Source of the DNA: Candidatus Eiseniibacteriota bacterium
GTDB lineage: Bacteria; Joyebacterota; Joyebacteria; Joyebacterales; Joyebacteraceae
NCBI GenBank assembly: GCA_030638405.1
Contig: DAOWER010000026.1
Span: 1 to 38,688, forward strand
Direction of reading: 5' to 3'
DNA: 38,688 nt
A program made the position numbers and the translations under genes. Under the pieces are notes generated by a model that made no database searches, was not told where the DNA came from, and worked only from the letters and a program-made list of their open reading frames with translations. Shown here piece by piece: positions 1-11,737 of this stretch. Each line of letters begins with the position of its first letter. Position 1 is the first letter of the stretch.

Positions 1-1
1 C

Positions 2-139
2 AACGTTGTCTTCGGAGGACTGGGCCTCTTCCTGACGCTCTCCGTGTCGCGCGAGTGGACAGTCGCGCCGATCAAGAGGGCGCTCGACTTCGTGCTCCGT
101 GCACCTCGCCGGCCACGGGCCTCCGTGGAGACGACATGA
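2..139 (+). CDS. C-terminal fragment of a membrane protein, probably the LptF-type permease paired with the next gene (gene continues upstream of the window)
   Basis: Frame 2 is open from the window edge (NVVFGGLGLFLTLSVSREW...) and stops at TGA 137-139. This forms an ATGA overlap with the ATG at 136 of the following YjgP/YjgQ-family ORF. Paired lptF-lptG genes are the usual layout. The fragment is too short for an independent family call. Confidence 0.45.
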   Translation, partial: NVVFGGLGLFLTLSVSREWTVAPIKRALDFVLRAPRRPRASVETT

Positions 140-1209
140 GAATCATCGACGCCTACGCCCTCAGGAGAATCGGCAAGCCCCTCGTCGTCGTGATCTGTCT
201 GTTCATTGGCATCTTCGTGCTGGTCGATCTATTCGACAACGCCCACGCGTTCATAGACAACGACGTCTCGCTGGGCGTTGTCCTCCTGTACTACGCGTAC
301 TACCTCCCACTCATAGTCGTCCTGACGTCGCCGGTCGCGATGCTCCTCGCCACTCTCCTCGCCGTCGGTGGGCTCTCGCGGAAGAACGAGCTGATGGCGC
401 TCAAGGGATCGGGCGTCAGCCTCTACCGGATCCTCGCGCCCGTGCTCGCTCTCTCGGTCGCGGTCAGTCTGGCCAACGTCTTCATCGGTGAGCTGATCCT
501 GCCGCCGGCCACGCGCCAGCGTCTTCTGATCAAGGAGACCAGCATCACGAGGCGGGCGAGTGAGATCGTCACAAATGACGCGCTGTACGTGACCACCGAC
601 GGCACCATGTTCCTCGCACGGAGGTTCAACTCGCGAGCGAGGACACTGGAGGAGGTCACGGTCGAGGAGTTCGATGAGTCCAACAGCCCGACCAGCCGGA
701 TCGATGCGAAATCGGCCGTGTGGGAGGACGACGAATGGGTCTTCTACGAGGGAAGTCTGCGGCGCTTCACGGCCACCGGTGAAGAGGTGACGAACTTCGA
801 CACGCTGGAACCCGGCTACTCGGAACCGCTCCCCGGCGAGCTCGGCGTGCGCAAGCTCAAGCCCGATGAGATGGCGTTCCGTGAGCTCCGGTCCTACATC
901 GTGAGGCTGAAGGCCAGCGGCAACGATCCGCGTGACCTTGCCGTGCAGCTGCAGCTCAAGATCGCCTTTCCCTTCGTCACCGTGATAATGACGCTCCTTG
1001 GCGGGTCCCTCGCGGCCGGAGCGCGGCGCAGCGGCTTCGCGCTCTCCTTCGCCGCCGCGCTGACCATTTCGTTCTTCTACTTCGGGGTGCTGCAGGTGGG
1101 CCAGGTACTGGGCCGCCAGGGCATACTCGTGCCCTGGCTGGCCGCGTGGATATCCAACATCATCTTCGCCGGAGTCGGGGTAGGGCTCCTCGTCCGGGCC
1201 CCGAAGTAG
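136..1209 (+). CDS. lptG: LPS export ABC transporter permease, LptF/LptG (YjgP/YjgQ) family
   Basis: ORF track 55..1209. I chose the internal ATG at 136 (MRIIDAYALRRIGKPLVVVICLFIGIFVLVDLF...) because it overlaps the upstream stop (ATGA) and matches the typical N-terminus of this family. The protein has three N-terminal TM segments, a large soluble loop and three C-terminal TM segments. Confidence 0.8.
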   Translation: MRIIDAYALRRIGKPLVVVICLFIGIFVLVDLFDNAHAFIDNDVSLGVVLLYYAYYLPLIVVLTSPVAMLLATLLAVGGLSRKNELMALKGSGVSLYRILAPVLALSVAVSLANVFIGELILPPATRQRLLIKETSITRRASEIVTNDALYVTTDGTMFLARRFNSRARTLEEVTVEEFDESNSPTSRIDAKSAVWEDDEWVFYEGSLRRFTATGEEVTNFDTLEPGYSEPLPGELGVRKLKPDEMAFRELRSYIVRLKASGNDPRDLAVQLQLKIAFPFVTVIMTLLGGSLAAGARRSGFALSFAAALTISFFYFGVLQVGQVLGRQGILVPWLAAWISNIIFAGVGVGLLVRAPK

Positions 1210-1252
1210 CGATTCCTGCGCCCGGGAGAGCCGTTACCGCACTTCCCTCCGC

Positions 1253-3671
<2,419 letters not shown>

Positions 3672-3722
3672 GCGTGGCCTCCGTTCATGTCGAATCACGT
3701 TGTAGCCTGACCCGTGCGGGTC

Positions 3723-4706
3723 TCAGGCGCCCATCTCTATCTCCGATGAGTCTCCCACGTTCAGTCTCTGGAAACGTCCCCGCACCACGGCCCCCTCGCC
3801 GATCAGCGAGCGGTTGAGCAGGCTCATCTCAACGACCGCTCCGGCGCTCAGAATGCTGTCCCGAACTACCGAGTCCCGTATGGTCGCGCCGGCCGCGACC
3901 GAGACGTACGGACCCACGACCGACCTCTCGACCACGGCGCTCGGGTCGATGGACACAGGCGGCAGAATAATCGAGCCCTCGATGCTCTCACCGTTGCCGC
4001 CCGAACGCTCGAGGAGCACCTTGTTCGTGTCCAGGAGGGTCTCCGGACGCCCGCAGTCGTGCCACCCGTGCACCGCGTAGACACCCATGTCCTCGCCGCG
4101 CTCGAGCATCAGCTTGAGCGCGTCCGTCAGCTGGTACTCGCCCTTGGTGCGTATGTCCTTCTCCACAACCTCCGTCAGGCACTCGAACAGAAGCGGCGAA
4201 TTGACAATGTAATAGAGACCGACGATGGCCAGGTTGCTGGGCGCCACGTCCGGCTTCTCCACCAGGCCCCTGACGCGGCCTTCCTGGACCTCGACGATAC
4301 CGAACCGCTGCGGGTCGTCCACCTCCTTCACGCCGATCAGGGTCCGCCCGCCTCCCACGAAGGCCGAGTAGTCCGCCGTCACGACCGTGTCACCCAACAC
4401 TATCAGAACGGGCCCGTCCTCCACGCACTCCTTCGTGAGGTAGATCGCGTGTCCCAGCCCCAGCCGTTCCTCCTGGTCTACGCAGCAAACATCGAGGTGC
4501 GGGTAGGACTCCGCGACGTACTCCCTGACCCGGTCGCCCATGTAGCCGGTCACCAGGACGACCTCCTTGACGCCGAGCGGCTCCAGCTCCTCGAGAATGT
4601 GTCCGACGATCGGCTTCCCCGCGACGGGAACCAGGGCCTTCGGAATCGTGTGCGTGTGCGGCCTGAGCCGCGTTCCGACTCCTGCGACAGGGATGATGGC
4701 CTTCAT
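3723..4706 (-). CDS. sugar-1-phosphate nucleotidyltransferase (NTP_transferase domain plus C-terminal left-handed beta-helix); sugar and nucleotide specificity unknown
   Basis: N-terminal MKAIIPVAGVGTRLRPHTHTIPKALVPVAGKPI (the GxGTRL pyrophosphorylase signature). The C-terminal third has hexapeptide-like repeats (IGEGAVV, SVVRDSIL...). ATG start. Confidence 0.8.
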   Translation of the reverse strand: MKAIIPVAGVGTRLRPHTHTIPKALVPVAGKPIVGHILEELEPLGVKEVVLVTGYMGDRVREYVAESYPHLDVCCVDQEERLGLGHAIYLTKECVEDGPVLIVLGDTVVTADYSAFVGGGRTLIGVKEVDDPQRFGIVEVQEGRVRGLVEKPDVAPSNLAIVGLYYIVNSPLLFECLTEVVEKDIRTKGEYQLTDALKLMLERGEDMGVYAVHGWHDCGRPETLLDTNKVLLERSGGNGESIEGSIILPPVSIDPSAVVERSVVGPYVSVAAGATIRDSVVRDSILSAGAVVEMSLLNRSLIGEGAVVRGRFQRLNVGDSSEIEMGA

Positions 4707-4774
4707 GAGCGTTCCTTTCAGAAGGGTCGAGCTGTTCTGTGCGCCGACCCGTGCATCCGAACCGCGCGAGTTCT

Positions 4775-5839
4775 CTAGAAGCGTGCCAGCTCCTTCTTCA
4801 ATCTGTCGATGGGCGCAACGGGTGTCGGGTCGACGCCGCCGAGCATCGCCAGATACAGGCTCACGAAGTCGCCGAGCTGCACCAGCGACAGGAGCCTTCC
4901 GAGCTTCGTCTTCCCGCGGCTCACGACGTCCCGCGCCTCCGCGCCGGCCCCTGCTATCGCCTCACGCGTGATCTCGGCCCTGCGCGCCACGCGCGGGTGG
5001 TCGTCTTCGTCACGGAGGAACACCACCCTGGCGTCTCCTCCCATCGGCCGCAGGCCACTCCACCCTACTATCTCATTGTGGTTCATCTCAGGCAACTCGT
5101 TCCTGTGCGCGACCACCTTGGAGTTCTCGGAAAACTGCCCGCACCAGCGGTTCGCAACGACCGAGGTGGCAGGCGCCGTCCCGTACACCACCGGAACACG
5201 CCCCAACAGCCACGACGCGAGCTCCTTCGCCTCGTTCTCTCCCGGCCGGGCGGCCAGACCCAGGCGCTCCACACCGCTCCGCGCGGTCTCGATGGCGTCT
5301 TCGACATCGTCCGACGGGTCCGGCGCCAGGCCCAGGCGACCCAAGACGAAGAGCAGGGGCACCAGGCCGAATCCGAGCGCCGCGCGCGGCGGGTAGCCCG
5401 TCGGCACCCGCACGATGTCGTGTCCCGCTTCCTCCGCGATCCTGCCCACTTGTCCGCCGGTCGCCGAACAGACAATCCGAGCACCACGCTCCCGCGCATC
5501 GGCGTAGGCCGACAGCGTCTCCTCGGTGTTGCCCGAGTAGCTGGAGACGTACAGGAGCGTCGAGGGTCCGACGTATGCGGGAAGCGAGTAGCTTCTGATC
5601 ACCGAGAGCGGTACGGACATGCTCCCGGCCAGGTATCCGGCGGCCAGCTCGCCGCCGATCGCAGACCCTCCCATGCCCGCCACCGCAACGGAGGTGATGC
5701 CGTCCCCCGACACCGAGAGCGGCGTGTCCCGCCCCATGGCGAGCGCTTCTCTCAGCTGATCCGGGAAATTCTCCAGGCGCTCGTACATTCCCGCCGGGTC
5801 GCTGGCGACCATCTTCTCCCGATCCTCGAGTACGCTCAT
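4775..5839 (-). CDS. bifunctional phosphoglucose/phosphomannose isomerase (SIS-domain family)
   Basis: SIS motifs VAVAGMGGSAIGG and YVSSYSGNTEETL. The length and C-terminal domain are typical of the PGI/PMI family. The ATG at 5839 overlaps the ptsI stop (ATGA, 5836-5839). Confidence 0.75.
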   Translation of the reverse strand: MSVLEDREKMVASDPAGMYERLENFPDQLREALAMGRDTPLSVSGDGITSVAVAGMGGSAIGGELAAGYLAGSMSVPLSVIRSYSLPAYVGPSTLLYVSSYSGNTEETLSAYADARERGARIVCSATGGQVGRIAEEAGHDIVRVPTGYPPRAALGFGLVPLLFVLGRLGLAPDPSDDVEDAIETARSGVERLGLAARPGENEAKELASWLLGRVPVVYGTAPATSVVANRWCGQFSENSKVVAHRNELPEMNHNEIVGWSGLRPMGGDARVVFLRDEDDHPRVARRAEITREAIAGAGAEARDVVSRGKTKLGRLLSLVQLGDFVSLYLAMLGGVDPTPVAPIDRLKKELARF

Positions 5840-7626
5840 GAGATCATCTCCGTCTCGCTTATCTCCGGGAACTTGACCCTGAATATCTGTTCGAGGTAGC
5901 GACGGACCTCAGAGCCCGTCTTCATCTTCAGCGCTTTCGCCGTGACGCGGCGCGCGTAACTGTAGCTCGTCGAGCGGATGATGCTCTTGATCTCCGGTAC
6001 CACGGCAGGGGCAGCCGAGAGTTCGTCCAACCCGAGCCCCACGAGAAGCAGCGTGGCGAGCGGGTCCCCCGCCATCTCGCCGCACAGCCCGACCCACGTC
6101 TTGTGCTTCCGCGCCGCTCGCACGGTCGTCTCCAGGAGCCTCAGGACCGCCGGGTGGAACGTGTCGTAGAGGTAGGCCACCCTGTCGTTGCCCCGGTCCA
6201 CCGCCAGCGTGTACTGCACCAGGTCGTTGGAACCGATGCTGAAGAAGTCGGCCTCTTCCGCCAGCTCGTTCGCTATCATCACCGCCGCGGGCGTCTCGAT
6301 CATCACACCCAGGGGAATGTTGTCATCGAACTGCGTCCCCCGCGCCCGGAGTTCCTGCTTCGCGGCCTCCAGGACCTGCCTTGCGTCCCTGACCTCGTGG
6401 AGTGAGGATATCATAGGTAGCATTATCTTGATGTTCCCGTGCGCGCTGGCTCGGAGGATCGCTCTGAGCTGACGGAGCAGGAGCCGGGGCTGCGAGAGGC
6501 TGTAGCGGATGCCCCGCCACCCGAGAAACGGGTTCGCCTCCGGTTCGGGAGCGCCCATGGGACCGAACTTGTCGCCTCCGAGGTCGACCGTCCGCACGAC
6601 CACCGTGGCGGGGGCCGCCAGTGACACGACGCCGCGGTAGGCCTCGTACTGCTCGTCCTCGGACGGGATCTCGTCCCCGGTGATGAACAGGTACTCGGTC
6701 CTGAACAGACCGATCCCCTCGGCTCCGTGGGAGATCGCCGCGCGCACCTCATCGGGGATCTCGATGTTGGCCGCGACTTCGAACCGCCTCCCGTCCACGG
6801 TGACGGCCGGAGCGTCCTTCTCCGCCAGGAGCTCCTTCTCGAACACTTCGTGCTTCCGCTGGCGCTCCTGGTAGTAATCCAGGACCGCCTGGTCGTACCT
6901 GTAGATGAGAAGCCCCAGCATCCCGTCGACGATGATCCTCTCGCCCTGCTTGATGACGTCCGTGGCGTCGTGGAGCCCGACGACCGCGGGTATCTGCAGA
7001 GACCTGGCCATGATGGCCGCGTGCGACGTGCGGCCGCCGGCGTCCGTGGCGAAGCCCGTGACGCGCTCCTCGTGCATCGACGCCGTGTCAGTTGCGGCCA
7101 GCTGGCGGGCGACCACGATGACGTCGTCGTTCAGATGCCGCAGCGACTTCTGCTTGCGGCCCAGCAGTCTCAGCAGGAGACGCCTCTCGATGTCCTTTAT
7201 GTCGAACACGCGCTCGCGCAGGTACTCGTCCTGCGTGCGCTCCATCGCCTTCGTGACCCGACCTATGGTCTCGGTCAGTGCGAAGGCCGCGCTCTGACGC
7301 TCCTCGCGGATGCGGCGCTGAGTTCCCTCGATCACCATCGAGTCCTTGAGCATCATCAGGTGCGCGTCGAAAATGCGCGCGTGCGTCTCCCCCAACGCGT
7401 CCTCGAGTCCGCCTCTCAGCCTCTCGAGCTCCCGTGTGGTCTCGCCGATGGCTGACATGAAGGCCTCCGTCTCGGCCTCGATGTCCGCGGGCTCAATCTC
7501 TTCTTCCTCGACGTGAGGGCGTTCCGTGTCCAGCACGAACGCCTTCCCTATCACGATGCCGGGTGAGGCCGGCACGCCCTCGAGGACCTCGGTCTTGCCT
7601 ATCGCCTTGATGTCTACCAAACGCAA
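5836..7626 (-). CDS. ptsI: phosphoenolpyruvate-protein phosphotransferase (PTS enzyme I)
   Basis: 596 aa. Motifs seen: ASPGIVIGKAF; the phospho-His region GGRTSHAAIMARSLQIPAVVG; and the PEP-utilizing C-terminal domain with FFSIGSNDLVQYTLAVDR and the active-site Cys in WVGLCGEMAGD. The TTG start at 7626 lies 7 nt after the ptsH stop; the exact start is uncertain. Confidence 0.95.
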   Translation of the reverse strand: MRLVDIKAIGKTEVLEGVPASPGIVIGKAFVLDTERPHVEEEEIEPADIEAETEAFMSAIGETTRELERLRGGLEDALGETHARIFDAHLMMLKDSMVIEGTQRRIREERQSAAFALTETIGRVTKAMERTQDEYLRERVFDIKDIERRLLLRLLGRKQKSLRHLNDDVIVVARQLAATDTASMHEERVTGFATDAGGRTSHAAIMARSLQIPAVVGLHDATDVIKQGERIIVDGMLGLLIYRYDQAVLDYYQERQRKHEVFEKELLAEKDAPAVTVDGRRFEVAANIEIPDEVRAAISHGAEGIGLFRTEYLFITGDEIPSEDEQYEAYRGVVSLAAPATVVVRTVDLGGDKFGPMGAPEPEANPFLGWRGIRYSLSQPRLLLRQLRAILRASAHGNIKIMLPMISSLHEVRDARQVLEAAKQELRARGTQFDDNIPLGVMIETPAAVMIANELAEEADFFSIGSNDLVQYTLAVDRGNDRVAYLYDTFHPAVLRLLETTVRAARKHKTWVGLCGEMAGDPLATLLLVGLGLDELSAAPAVVPEIKSIIRSTSYSYARRVTAKALKMKTGSEVRRYLEQIFRVKFPEISETEMIS

Positions 7627-7633
7627 ACCGCCT

Positions 7634-7894
7634 CTACTCAGATTCCCTCTCCAGGAACTCCGCCACGGCCTCCATCGCCTCGATCTCGTCCGGCCCCTCC
7701 GCGGTGATGATCACTTCGCTCCCGCACTCCGCCGCCAGCATCATGACGCCCATGATGCTCTTGGCGTCGACAGTCATGTCGTCCTTAGTGAGCTTCAGGT
7801 CCGACCTGAAGCGACCGGCGAGCCGCACAAGGTCCGCGGCGGGCCGCGCGTGCAGGCCATGTTTGCTTGCGAGAACCACTGTGCGCTCTGTCAA
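7634..7894 (-). CDS. ptsH: phosphocarrier protein HPr
   Basis: 86 aa, MTERTVVLASKHGLHARPAA (His-15 motif) and DAKSIMGVMML (the Ser-46 motif that HprK targets). The TTG start is 1 nt after the EIID stop codon. Confidence 0.9.
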   Translation of the reverse strand: MTERTVVLASKHGLHARPAADLVRLAGRFRSDLKLTKDDMTVDAKSIMGVMMLAAECGSEVIITAEGPDEIEAMEAVAEFLERESE

Positions 7895-7895
7895 G

Positions 7896-8663
7896 TTATC
7901 CCCCGTTCAGCCCAGCCAGGAGCAGCACAACTCCGCCGACCGCTCCACCAAACGCCACGAGCGTCCCCGGCACCCTCGCCCTGGCTGCAGCATACGCCAG
8001 GGCGAAGAAGAGAATCACAGCCAGTACCTTCCATGGCTCCACCGCCCCGCCCGCGGCGACCACCCTCGCGAGAATCAGGCCCACCGCGAAGGCGGCCAGT
8101 GCTCTCGTCCACCGGACGGCTGCTCTGAGACCCGGCCCAAGCAGCTCCGCGGCGCCCGTCGGGCCGGCCGCCGCCCCGACACCGATTCCTCTCGTCTTCA
8201 GGACGAGGTGCGGCACGTTGTAGATCACGAGGAGTACCAGGGGCGCCCACACGATCCCCCCCAGCGCCAGCAGGACCGCCACAGCGCCGGCGAAGGGGCG
8301 AAGAGCCCCCCAGAGCAACGCGTCGCCCGCCATGCCGAGCGGGCTCGCGAGCCCCTTCTTCACAGATATCACGGACGCCGCGTCCTCGCCAGCCGCCTCC
8401 TGAGCCGCTGCGGCTCCGAGGACATACGACGCAAGGGTCGGGTTCGTGTTGAAGAACCGGAGGTGCCGCTGCAGGAACGCGCTTCTCTCGTCCTTGTCCT
8501 CGCCGCACCTGTGGAGCAGAGGCAACATGGCGAAGCAGAAACCAACGTTCTGCATGCCACGCTGATTCCAGACCGACTGCAGGAAGAACGAACGCCAGAG
8601 CATCCCCGCGCGCTCGCCGCGCGTCAGAGCTCCGCCCGTCTCCCGGTCAGAGTGCTCAGCCAA
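7896..8663 (-). CDS. PTS mannose/fructose/sorbose-family EIID membrane component
   Basis: N-terminal LTRGERAGMLWRSFFLQSVWNQRGMQNVGFCFAMLP matches the EIID signature (...WRS..LQ.SWN.ERMQ..G...). Multiple TM segments. TTG start at 8663 with GGAGG 4 nt upstream. Confidence 0.85.
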   Translation of the reverse strand: MAEHSDRETGGALTRGERAGMLWRSFFLQSVWNQRGMQNVGFCFAMLPLLHRCGEDKDERSAFLQRHLRFFNTNPTLASYVLGAAAAQEAAGEDAASVISVKKGLASPLGMAGDALLWGALRPFAGAVAVLLALGGIVWAPLVLLVIYNVPHLVLKTRGIGVGAAAGPTGAAELLGPGLRAAVRWTRALAAFAVGLILARVVAAGGAVEPWKVLAVILFFALAYAAARARVPGTLVAFGGAVGGVVLLLAGLNGG

Positions 8664-8759
8664 GCGACCTCCGTTCTACGGAAACCACGAGCCGGCCGCT
8701 GCTGGGACGCCGCGCGCTCGTGGTCGCACGAACCAGGGCCCCAGAGCCGGGACTGCCCA

Positions 8760-9437
8760 TCAGAGCAGGACCACCAGCACAAGCCCCGCGGCGAACCCCG
8801 CTGCCAGGAACCAGCTCTCTCTTCTGTCTCTTCCCCCGACGGCGATCGTCGCCGCAGCGACGGGGGCCGCCCACAGGGCCGTCGGGAAGACCCCTTCAAC
8901 CGTGAACGAACCCAGGAACCTCAGCAGCAGCGACGCGCTCAGCACCGCCGCAACCAGAAGCGATGCCGTGACGAATCTCGTGACCAGTCCCAGCGCGACC
9001 GCCGCCCTCACGCCCCGCGCGTCGCCCTGTTCCGCCCGCGATTCGGCAACGGCGGAGTACCTTAAGTTGAGTCTTCGGACGCGCGAAGTCACCCTCTGCC
9101 CCACCGCGCCGCCGATCAGGCCGGACATCATCCCCGCCGCTACAGCCAGTCCCTCGGATACGCCGGAGCCGGCGAGAACGGCCGCCACGCCCACGCCAAC
9201 CGAGCCTGCCACTGCACCGTCGGGGAACGGCGCCGCCCCGACAGGCAGCACTCCGATCCACACCAGCTGAAGCGTCGAGCCCACCACGAGCCCGAGAACC
9301 GGCTCTCCCACGATCGCCCCGGCGATACTCCCGGCCACCAGCGGCTGCGAGAGCATCACCTGGAGCGCTGCGGTCGCGTCGACCGAAAGGGCCCCGCCCA
9401 GAAGCGACAGGATCACTATCATCTGGATCTCAGACAT
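8760..9437 (-). CDS. PTS mannose/fructose/sorbose-family EIIC membrane component
   Basis: 225 aa, polytopic and Gly/Ala/Val-rich. MSEIQMIVILSLLGGALSVDATAALQVMLSQPLVAGSIAGAIVG is typical of ManY-type EIIC. ATG start. Sits beside EIID, EIIB and EIIA. Confidence 0.8.
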   Translation of the reverse strand: MSEIQMIVILSLLGGALSVDATAALQVMLSQPLVAGSIAGAIVGEPVLGLVVGSTLQLVWIGVLPVGAAPFPDGAVAGSVGVGVAAVLAGSGVSEGLAVAAGMMSGLIGGAVGQRVTSRVRRLNLRYSAVAESRAEQGDARGVRAAVALGLVTRFVTASLLVAAVLSASLLLRFLGSFTVEGVFPTALWAAPVAAATIAVGGRDRRESWFLAAGFAAGLVLVVLL

Positions 9438-9514
9438 GCGCCTGCTTCCGTGCTTTCAGACAACACGCGCCGCGTTCGCAGCGGCCTCGCGAGACGCGGC
9501 ATTTCGCGGGTCTG

Positions 9515-11737
9515 TCACTTGGCCGACAGCGGGGAGAACGCGAACTCCACTGCGAAGCTCGTGCGCTCCCCACACTCGGCCCTGACGGGCCAGTGTGTGA
9601 TCAGCGTCAGTCCCTGGAAAACACGCTCGAGTCCCCCCTCGGAACGCGAAACAGTATCCAGAGGCCAGGTCCAGACGCCGGCCGCGGGCTCGCAGGACAC
9701 GACGAGCCGCTCCCCCCTGAGACGGTCGTCGACTCTCATCGTATCGACGGCGTCGAGAGTCCGTTTCTTCCGCAGCCCGCCGCCGTTCGCGTCGCCCGCG
9801 TGGAACGACACCCACTCCTTCGCGGGCGTGAGGAACGACATGTTCCACTCGGGCGCGAACAGGACGTCCAGATCACCGTCGGGTGTCAGGTCGTACTCGA
9901 CACGCACCCTTCCCTCACCAGTGAGCCAGACGCGCTTCTCGATAAGTACCGGGCACACGCCTTCACCCGAGGTCACGACGCCGGTCCTGCTCATCTCCAC
10001 TCCGATCGAACCGTTCCTGCGCCCCAGTTCAAACTGGTAACCGCCCCACGCGGAATCGCCCAGTTCGGCGCCTCCCGCCTCCACTTCGGCGCGCTTCACG
10101 TCGGGCGCGAAGAAATGGTCGATCGCGGCGACACCAGGGTGCGAGTCGGAGCAAGTGAGCTTGGCCAGTCCCTTCTCCTTGGCCTTCAGTCCATCGTGGA
10201 TGTTCCGGACGCCCTCCGCGTATTCCCTGTCGCCATCCGCGCGTATCTCGTCGTGGTACGCTTCGTCGTGGCAGGACATCGTCGCCAGCACGTTCCAGTT
10301 CGCCCGTCGGACGTCGAGCTCGAAGATGGTGCCTCCTCGTGAAGGCGCGACGTACACGTTGACACTGTGCGACTCGAGCAGGACCTCGTCCCGCCCGTCC
10401 ATATCGTGGTCGGTAACCTCGGCATGGTCCCACGTCTCGCCCCGAACACCGTCTATCAGGCGCTCGGCCTTGATGAGGTGCTCGTAGATCGCCGCTCTCA
10501 GGTGCGGCAGGTACAGCCCGCCGAAGATCCCGTGCCAGTAGGCGCAGTTGCACTGCCCCCGCCACAGCTCACGCTTTGCCTCCTCGACCACGGCCGGCTC
10601 CACCGTGGCGGCGCCACCGTCCACCACCTTCACGGCACCCGCGAACCCGCCGAGCGTCTCGAGGATGTTGGAAGTCCGCTGCGCGGCCGCGATCTTCTCG
10701 CTGACGCGCATCATCTTCCTGGTCATCAGGTTCGACTCGTCGTACTTGGACAGAAAACCCTTCCAGGTCCCCCCGGACACGAAGGGCCCCCACTCCTCCA
10801 GGAGCCCGTCGTCACCGAGCCTGCCCAGGAACCTCTCGTAACTGCGCCTGGCCTTCGTGGGCAGGGCCCACTCCATCATCTCGGGGTACGACGACGTGGG
10901 CAGGTACGCGCGCCCTATGGGGGCCGTGTCGTCCACGACCTCCGCAAAGGTCGCGGTCGTCACCCAATCCCGATTCTCCGAGAGCGCTCTCAGGAAGCGC
11001 TTGAGCCACCCGCTGGTGTGAACGTGCGCGTGAGTGCCGGGCCAGACGCCGAACTTCTCCCCGTCATCCCCGAACACAGCAACGTGGCCTTCGCCCCGCT
11101 CCGCGACCGAGCGCAGCACGTTCAGCGTTTCCTCGGGTTCGGCAAAGGGAATCGCGTATCGCAGCTTCTTGCTGATTGGGAAGACACGGACAGCGACGCC
11201 CTGCTCCTCGGTGAGGAACGACCCCACCAGTTCTTCGTCCTCGATCCCGGCGAGGCGGAACTCGTAGTCGTCAAGCGGCAGGTACTCCAGACCGGCCTCG
11301 TGGATCGTCCTCGCCAGCCGCGGCTCCCAAACTCTCTCCGCCAGCCACATCCCTCGAGGACGCACGCCAAACCGTCCGGACACGTAGTCCGTCATCATCT
11401 GCATCTGCCCGCGCGCGTCGCGCTCCGGGATCGCGCTTAGTATCGGCTCGTAGAAGGCCCCTCCCAGGACCTCTACCTGGCCCCTCGCCACGAGTGCCCG
11501 CACTCGCTCTATGTAGTCGGGAGCGTGATCCTCATACCACTCCAGCAGCGGGCCGGTGTTGTGAAGCACGATCTTGATCTCGGGGAACTCTTCTATCGCG
11601 TCCAGAAACGGCAGGTAGGCCCTTGTGTAAGCGTCCTCGAACACGCTCGGCAGGTTGCCGACAGGTTGGTGGTTGTGTATGCAGAGGACAAGCGTGACAC
11701 CGTGCATGGGCAGACGTCCCTCCGGACCCGCCGTCAC
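9515..11737 (-). CDS. glycoside hydrolase family 57 enzyme (alpha-amylase / 4-alpha-glucanotransferase-like), cytoplasmic
   Basis: All five GH57 conserved regions can be read in the translation:
- HNHQP
- GQVEVLGGAFYEPIL
- MWLAERVWEP (nucleophile Glu)
- FGDDGEKFGVWPG (acid/base Asp)
- GQCNCAYWHGIFGG

No signal peptide. GTG 11737 overlaps the EIIB stop (GTGA). An alternative ATG lies at 11707. Confidence 0.85.
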   Translation of the reverse strand: MTAGPEGRLPMHGVTLVLCIHNHQPVGNLPSVFEDAYTRAYLPFLDAIEEFPEIKIVLHNTGPLLEWYEDHAPDYIERVRALVARGQVEVLGGAFYEPILSAIPERDARGQMQMMTDYVSGRFGVRPRGMWLAERVWEPRLARTIHEAGLEYLPLDDYEFRLAGIEDEELVGSFLTEEQGVAVRVFPISKKLRYAIPFAEPEETLNVLRSVAERGEGHVAVFGDDGEKFGVWPGTHAHVHTSGWLKRFLRALSENRDWVTTATFAEVVDDTAPIGRAYLPTSSYPEMMEWALPTKARRSYERFLGRLGDDGLLEEWGPFVSGGTWKGFLSKYDESNLMTRKMMRVSEKIAAAQRTSNILETLGGFAGAVKVVDGGAATVEPAVVEEAKRELWRGQCNCAYWHGIFGGLYLPHLRAAIYEHLIKAERLIDGVRGETWDHAEVTDHDMDGRDEVLLESHSVNVYVAPSRGGTIFELDVRRANWNVLATMSCHDEAYHDEIRADGDREYAEGVRNIHDGLKAKEKGLAKLTCSDSHPGVAAIDHFFAPDVKRAEVEAGGAELGDSAWGGYQFELGRRNGSIGVEMSRTGVVTSGEGVCPVLIEKRVWLTGEGRVRVEYDLTPDGDLDVLFAPEWNMSFLTPAKEWVSFHAGDANGGGLRKKRTLDAVDTMRVDDRLRGERLVVSCEPAAGVWTWPLDTVSRSEGGLERVFQGLTLITHWPVRAECGERTSFAVEFAFSPLSAK

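Noticed and set aside
3672-3722. SAM riboswitch or other leader upstream of metK.
   Set aside because: Only about 50 nt (24 nt by the ORF-track start) separate metK from the preceding gene's stop, which is too short for a SAM riboswitch. metK appears to be co-transcribed with the upstream genes.
7704-9065. Very long plus-strand ORFs running antisense to real genes. Examples: 7704-9065 (453 aa), 2508-3710 (400 aa), 4739-5899 (386 aa), 18541-19767 (408 aa), 32163-33638 (491 aa), 22500-23582 (360 aa).
   Set aside because: Their translations are Arg/Pro/His/Ser-rich low-complexity strings with no recognisable motifs. Each lies opposite a minus-strand gene with an unambiguous family signature. 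Long stop-free antisense frames are expected in GC-rich DNA.
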